From an uncultured bacterium (GTDB taxonomy: Bacteria; Bacillota; Clostridia; Lachnospirales; Lachnospiraceae): a stretch of 64,000 nucleotides of DNA. Location: NCBI GenBank assembly GCA_947073545.1, contig CAMTMP010000008.1, positions 450 through 64,449 on the forward strand. Direction: 5' to 3'. Below the pieces are notes generated by a model that saw nothing but the letters and a program-made list of their open reading frames with translations, ran no database searches and was not told the DNA's origin. Shown here in pieces: positions 59,007-64,000 of the stretch. The stretch's first letter is position 1. Every line of letters begins with the position of its first letter. The position numbers and the translations under genes were made by a program.

Positions 59007-60158
59007 ATGATGTATCGAATTTTAAAGCAAGAAGGCAGGGCGAAGCGGGCCGAATTTACCACAGTGCATGGCACGATTCAGACCCCTGTCTTCATGAATG
59101 TAGGGACAGTGGCGGCCATAAAAGGCGCGGTATCCACGGAGGATCTGGAGAAGATCGGCACGCAGGTAGAGCTGTCCAACACGTATCATTTGCATGTGAG
59201 GCCGGGGGACAGGATCATCAGGGATCTGGGCGGCCTGCATAAGTTTATGTCATGGGATAAGCCGATTCTCACGGACTCCGGCGGCTTTCAGGTGTTTTCA
59301 CTGGCAGGGCTTAGGCGGATTAAGGAGGAGGGGGTCTACTTTCACTCCCATATAGATGGCCGTAAGATTTTTATGGGACCGGAGGAGAGTATGCAGATTC
59401 AGAGTAATCTCGCATCCACGATTGCCATGGCTTTTGATGAGTGCCCGCCCAGTATGGCGGAAAGAAAGTACGTGGAAGATTCCGTGGCGCGTACAGCCAG
59501 ATGGCTTGTCCGCTGTAAGCGCGAAATGGAGCGGCTGAACGGTCTGGATGATACGATCAATAAAGAACAACTGCTATTCGGGATTAACCAGGGGGCGGTT
59601 TTCGATGACATCCGTATCGAACATGCGAAGCAGATTGCGGATCTTGACTGCGACGGGTATGCCCTTGGCGGCCTTGCGGTGGGAGAGAGTCATGAGCAGA
59701 TGTACCATGTGATCGAGGAGACGGTGCCTTATCTGCCGACAGATAAACCGACCTATCTAATGGGAGTGGGGACGCCGGCGAATATTCTGGAAGCCGTAGA
59801 GCGGGGCGTGGACTTCTTTGACTGTGTATACCCTACAAGAAACGGGCGGCATGGCCATCTGTATACGAACCGCGGAAAGATAAATCTTTTTAACGCGAAG
59901 TACGAGCTGGACGACAGACCGATTGAGGAGGGATGCCCCTGCCCGGCATGCAGACGCTATTCCAGGGCATATATCAGACATCTGCTAAAGGCGAAGGAGA
60001 TGCTGGGAATGCGGCTTTGCGTTCTGCATAATCTTTTCTTTTATAATACCATGATGGAGGAGATTAGGGATGCGCTGGATGCAGGGCGATTTGCGGAATA
60101 CAAGAAAAATAAGCTGTCCGGGATGCAGGGAGCGGGTACGAAGAGCTGCAGCGCTTAA
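59007..60158 (+). CDS. tgt: tRNA-guanine transglycosylase
   Basis: TPVFMNVGT, LSNTYHL, LTDSGGFQVFSL, YLMGVG and the CPCPAC...HN Zn site. Confidence 0.97.
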   Translation: MMYRILKQEGRAKRAEFTTVHGTIQTPVFMNVGTVAAIKGAVSTEDLEKIGTQVELSNTYHLHVRPGDRIIRDLGGLHKFMSWDKPILTDSGGFQVFSLAGLRRIKEEGVYFHSHIDGRKIFMGPEESMQIQSNLASTIAMAFDECPPSMAERKYVEDSVARTARWLVRCKREMERLNGLDDTINKEQLLFGINQGAVFDDIRIEHAKQIADLDCDGYALGGLAVGESHEQMYHVIEETVPYLPTDKPTYLMGVGTPANILEAVERGVDFFDCVYPTRNGRHGHLYTNRGKINLFNAKYELDDRPIEEGCPCPACRRYSRAYIRHLLKAKEMLGMRLCVLHNLFFYNTMMEEIRDALDAGRFAEYKKNKLSGMQGAGTKSCSA

Positions 60159-60255
60159 GGCTTTGTGAAATTTTCGGGAAGGGGCTTGTTTTTCTTTTCC
60201 AAGTTGTGTATGATATGCAGTAGTGTTTTATTGATTAAATAACGGAGGAAACAGT

Positions 60256-60573
60256 ATGGGATTATTATTATCGGCTGATGCGGCTGCGGCTGCTTCCGGC
60301 GGCGGTCTGATCATGGTTATTTATATCGTCATCATTGTGGCGTTTATGTATTTTATTATGATTCGCCCGCAGAAAAAGGAACAAAAAAGGATGGCGGCGA
60401 TGCTGGCGGAAATGGCGGTGGGCGACTGCGTATTGACGAACAGCGGGTTTTATGGCATTGTGATCGATATTACCGACGACACGGTGATCGTAGAGTTCGG
60501 CAGCAATAAGAACTGTCGTATTCCGATGCAGAAGTCGGCGATAGCCCAGATCGAAAAGGCGGAGACGGAGTAG
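60256..60573 (+). CDS. yajC: Preprotein translocase subunit YajC
   Basis: TM segment followed by IRPQKK and GDCVLTNSGFYG, located directly after tgt. Confidence 0.93.
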   Translation: MGLLLSADAAAAASGGGLIMVIYIVIIVAFMYFIMIRPQKKEQKRMAAMLAEMAVGDCVLTNSGFYGIVIDITDDTVIVEFGSNKNCRIPMQKSAIAQIEKAETE

Positions 60574-60666
60574 GATCAGAAAGCAGACGGAATGGGTCAT
60601 GGCTTAGTGCCATGGCCTTTTTTACTTTATATAGGAAATTGAAAGAATTTCTTTTTCATAACTCTA

Positions 60667-60695
60667 TTGACAAAGGCATATAAACGTTGTAAAGT
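60667..60695 (+). promoter_or_regulatory. SigA-like promoter of the lipoprotein gene
   Basis: TTGACA-N17-TAAAGT. Confidence 0.55.
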
Positions 60696-60749
60696 TATAG
60701 GTTGTGTGAGAGCACAATATAGCATTATTATTTGATGGAGGAGATTGTG

Positions 60750-61364
60750 ATGAAGAAAAGAACGGTAAAGGCATTGATTTGTGCGACACTTATGGCGATT
60801 AGCCTGTCTGCGACCGCTTGCGGCGGTTCCGATGATGGGGCTAAGGGTGCGGATGCGGCGACGGAAGAAGCGGCGCCCGCCGAGGAAGAAGCTTCTGCTG
60901 AAGAGGAGGCGCCCGCCGAGGAAGAAACTCCTGCTGAAGGGGAGGCGCCCGCCGAGGAAGAAACTCCTGCTGAAGAGGAGGCGCCCGCCGAGGAAGAGGC
61001 TCCTGCTGAAGTGGAGAGCGGCAGCCAGAAGACGTTGGAAGATTTTATAAAGGATGATCCCACTGCAGAGCAGCAGCTTCAGGAGCAGGCGGCAGCACAG
61101 GGTGACGATGAGGTAGATATGTCCATCGAGATCAAAGGAAACGATGTGGTTTGTGTAGCTACATTTAAGGAGGGCATAGAACTGCCGGATGGTACAGCGG
61201 ATGTGCTGAATGAGGGTATGGAGCAGCTTGGAAGTGCGTTTTCCGGGCTTGCAGGTTCCCTTGACAGCATGATCGGCGCAGAGAAAGGAACCGTTTCTTA
61301 CGGCATCAGATATTGTGATGCAAACGGCAACGTTCTCGCAGAGAAAAGCTTCAGAGCAGAATAA
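60750..61364 (+). CDS. Lipoprotein with Glu/Ala/Pro-rich repeat linker
   Basis: MKKRTVK...LSATAC lipobox, EEAPAEEETPAE repeats and a small C-terminal globular domain. Confidence 0.8.
   Translation: MKKRTVKALICATLMAISLSATACGGSDDGAKGADAATEEAAPAEEEASAEEEAPAEEETPAEGEAPAEEETPAEEEAPAEEEAPAEVESGSQKTLEDFIKDDPTAEQQLQEQAAAQGDDEVDMSIEIKGNDVVCVATFKEGIELPDGTADVLNEGMEQLGSAFSGLAGSLDSMIGAEKGTVSYGIRYCDANGNVLAEKSFRAE
60873..61016 (+). repeat. Coding tandem repeat, 36-bp unit x4
   Basis: gcgcccgccgaggaaga units start at 60873, 60909, 60945 and 60981. Confidence 0.88.
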
Positions 61365-61388
61365 AAATTGTGAAAAAGCGGTTTCAGA

Positions 61389-61419
61389 GAAACCGGGCGC
61401 GGAAACGGCCCGGTTTTTT
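61389..61419 (+). terminator. Intrinsic terminator
   Basis: aaaccgggc...gcccggtttttt. Confidence 0.65.
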
Positions 61420-61536
61420 GCTGTTGAAATTTGCCCGGGAATAGTCTAAAATATATAAGTATTATTTTACGATAAGACAGCTTTGAAATTAAGAATGCGG
61501 GCGCGGTCCGGCGGACGGCTCAGAACGGAGGAACCT

Positions 61537-62622
61537 ATGGAGTTAAAGATAACATGCATACCCGGCGACGGAATCGGCCCGGAAATCGTGGCGGAGGCAA
61601 AGAAAGCGCTGGATGCGGTGGCGGCAAAATATGGACATGACATGAGATATACGGATATTCTGATGGGCGGCGCATCCATCGACGTGCACGGCGTACCGCT
61701 GACGGACGAGGCGGTAGAGACCGCGCGGCGTGCGGATGCGGTGCTGATGGGTTCGATCGGCGGTGACACGACCACTTCCCCCTGGTATAAACTTGCGCCT
61801 AACTTACGTCCGGAGGCAGGGCTTTTAGCGATCCGCAAGGCGTTAAATCTTTTTGCAAATCTCCGCCCTGCGGTTTTATATGAGGAGCTGGCGGGCGCAT
61901 GTCCACTGAAAACGGAAATTTCCGAAAAAGGTTTTGATATGCTGATTATGCGGGAGCTGACAGGCGGCCTGTATTTCGGTGAGAGAAGCACTACGGAGGA
62001 CAACGGGGTAAGGAAAGCAGTGGATACGCTGACTTATGACGAGAATGAGATCCGCAGGATTGCCATAAAAGGCTTTGACATCGCGAGAAAGCGAAAAAAG
62101 AAAGTGACCAGTGTGGATAAGGCGAATGTGCTGGATTCTTCCAGACTGTGGAGAGCGGTCGTAGAAGAGGTGGCAAAGGATTATTCCGACGTGACGCTGG
62201 AACATATGCTGGTGGACAACTGCGCGATGCAGCTTGTCAAAGATCCGGCTCAGTTTGACGTAATTCTGACAGAGAATATGTTTGGAGATATCTTATCTGA
62301 TGAGGCGAGCATGGTGACCGGGTCGATCGGTATGCTGGCGTCAGCTTCCTTAAACGATACGAAATTCGGCCTGTACGAGCCGAGCCACGGTTCCGCGCCC
62401 GATATTGCGGGTAAAGATCTGGCTAATCCCATTGCAACGATTCTCTCGGCGTCCATGATGCTGCGCTACAGCTTTGATCTGGACAAAGAGGCGGACGCCA
62501 TTGACAACGCGGTAAAGCAGGTGCTTCGGGACGGATACCGTACCGGTGACATTATGTCTGAAGGCTGCGAACAGGTGGGATGTAAAAGAATGGGCGACCT
62601 GATTGTGGAGAGAATTAAATAA
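61537..62622 (+). CDS. leuB: 3-isopropylmalate dehydrogenase
   Basis: [37 protein letters not shown] and [21 protein letters not shown]. Confidence 0.97.
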   Translation: MELKITCIPGDGIGPEIVAEAKKALDAVAAKYGHDMRYTDILMGGASIDVHGVPLTDEAVETARRADAVLMGSIGGDTTTSPWYKLAPNLRPEAGLLAIRKALNLFANLRPAVLYEELAGACPLKTEISEKGFDMLIMRELTGGLYFGERSTTEDNGVRKAVDTLTYDENEIRRIAIKGFDIARKRKKKVTSVDKANVLDSSRLWRAVVEEVAKDYSDVTLEHMLVDNCAMQLVKDPAQFDVILTENMFGDILSDEASMVTGSIGMLASASLNDTKFGLYEPSHGSAPDIAGKDLANPIATILSASMMLRYSFDLDKEADAIDNAVKQVLRDGYRTGDIMSEGCEQVGCKRMGDLIVERIK

Positions 62623-62674
62623 TAGCATGAGTTATTTTGTGAAAGTTTTCGGCGGGAAGGGAAAGTCATATTTT

Positions 62675-64000
62675 GTGGCCGGTAAAAGGCGTGAGTTAAA
62701 CAGGGAAGACGTGGTTTTCTGCCTGTTTTTTCTCATGATGGCGGTTTATTACGGGAGAAGGATGTTTCTACTGACCCCATGGTACGACGAGTTGTACACT
62801 TATTATTATTTTATCAGCAGGGGGCCGATGTATGCGGCGATTCACTGGCCGCTCCCAAATAATCACGTGGGATATTCCACGCTGTCGGCATGTCTGGGGA
62901 TATTTGGATGTGCGCCGGTGGCTCTGCGTGGTGTATCCTATCTATGCAGTCTGGGCAGTCTGGTTTTGCTGTACCGCATTTCCAAGAAATACCTTACGGA
63001 GGGAATCGCACTTGTCCCTGCGTTCCTGTTTGCGGGCATGTATATGGTGAACCAGCTTGCGGTGCAGGGCAGGGGCTATGCGCTTGTGACGTTCTGCTAT
63101 CTGATGGCGGTTACGTCACTTTACGCTATTGTGGCGGAAAAGAAAAATAACAAATGCAATTATATTGTATTCGGGACAGCGCTTGTGATTGCCCTGTGGG
63201 CAATTCCGAGCAGTCTGTATGTGGTGATGCCAATTTGCCTGATCGGGGGTTTTGTTCTTCTTCTTGACAGGGATTACAACCGGCTTTTCAAACTGGTTAT
63301 CGTCTCTTTGATCAGTGCGGTGTGTGTCGCTGGGCTTTACGCTATTTTGTGGCTGGCTATCGGTTCCAATCTGCTTTCCAAGACGCCGGACGGGCCGTTT
63401 TATACGGCGGGACATATTGATATCATTCTCCACGCGCCGCTTCGTGCGCTGTGGGAAGGAATCGGTTACATGCTGGATACGCCCTATATCCAGAGTATGA
63501 CCAGAGAAGCGTTTTGGGGGCAGGCCGGACACTGGCTGAAAACACTGTTTGGGCTGCAGCTCTCACCCGGCGCAGGACTTTTGGGGAATGGGATGTGCGC
63601 CCTGCTTCTGGCCGGGCTTCTGACAGCGTCGGTCTGTCTGCTTAGAAGACCGAAGAAAGTTTTTTGGGAGTGGTATTTTGTGCTGACGGCGGTTTTACTC
63701 GCAGTGTCACTCGTGATACAGTGTAAGCTCCCTTATCAGAGAGTATTTTCCTTTCTCGGCGTGTGGGCTGCGCTTTTGACCGGATGGCTGGCAGAGAACT
63801 TATTCGCGGTTTTAGGGAAACTTTCAGACGCCCGTTTTAAGAGAGGAGTAGGGGACGGGATCAGAAAAGGCGGTAAGATTCTTGTCTATGCCGCTGCGGG
63901 CGTTTCATGGGCTTTTGCGCTGGCGGATATGACGGCGTACAGCATGAGGGACGAGTTGATTGTGGATGCTTACGAGCAGATTGAAATAGAAGATACGGAT
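62675..64000 (+). CDS. Polytopic membrane glycosyltransferase, GT-C-like (3'-truncated by window edge)
   Basis: Frame is open from GTG 62675 to the window end and is absent from the ORF track. TM1 is followed by PWYDELYT, then PNNH, LRGVS, GRGYAL and many TM segments. Confidence 0.75.
   Translation, partial: MAGKRRELNREDVVFCLFFLMMAVYYGRRMFLLTPWYDELYTYYYFISRGPMYAAIHWPLPNNHVGYSTLSACLGIFGCAPVALRGVSYLCSLGSLVLLYRISKKYLTEGIALVPAFLFAGMYMVNQLAVQGRGYALVTFCYLMAVTSLYAIVAEKKNNKCNYIVFGTALVIALWAIPSSLYVVMPICLIGGFVLLLDRDYNRLFKLVIVSLISAVCVAGLYAILWLAIGSNLLSKTPDGPFYTAGHIDIILHAPLRALWEGIGYMLDTPYIQSMTREAFWGQAGHWLKTLFGLQLSPGAGLLGNGMCALLLAGLLTASVCLLRRPKKVFWEWYFVLTAVLLAVSLVIQCKLPYQRVFSFLGVWAALLTGWLAENLFAVLGKLSDARFKRGVGDGIRKGGKILVYAAAGVSWAFALADMTAYSMRDELIVDAYEQIEIEDTD

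Noticed and set aside
60873-61016. 36-bp periodic repeats as a CRISPR array
   Set aside because: They are head-to-tail coding repeats in a lipoprotein linker, with no spacers.
1-64000. tRNA/rRNA genes, integrases, transposases, prophage genes
   Set aside because: None recognised by eye. tRNAscan-SE, Infernal and ISEScan would be needed to exclude them formally.

Overview
Chromosomal window from a motile, Clostridia-type (Lachnospiraceae-like, inferred from gene content) bacterium. Core genes include tyrS with a Tyr T-box, aroC, tgt-yajC, leuB, cutC, a PatB/MalY lyase and aminopeptidase P. Accessory modules are: an Lsa/CplR-type ABC-F gene with an MTK uORF and attenuator leader; a LytTR-DUF3021 pair with 9-bp direct repeats; a GLUG/repeat surface protein; a Mollicute-style CUT1 ABC operon followed by a tandem OB-fold lipoprotein; an FRG gene bracketed by a duplicated promoter; a pair of GH94 phosphorylases (laminaribiose-type and cellodextrin-type) with an AraC regulator; an orphan LytTR/GHKL two-component system; and AT-richer inserts (DJ-1/PfpI gene; BceAB-like ABC plus XRE gene). 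Several short gene remnants are present (histidine kinase, MCP, AAA ATPase, IlvB-like, ROK). I saw no tRNA, rRNA, CRISPR array, integrase or transposase. All family assignments come from motif recognition by eye; no database searches or GC calculations were run.
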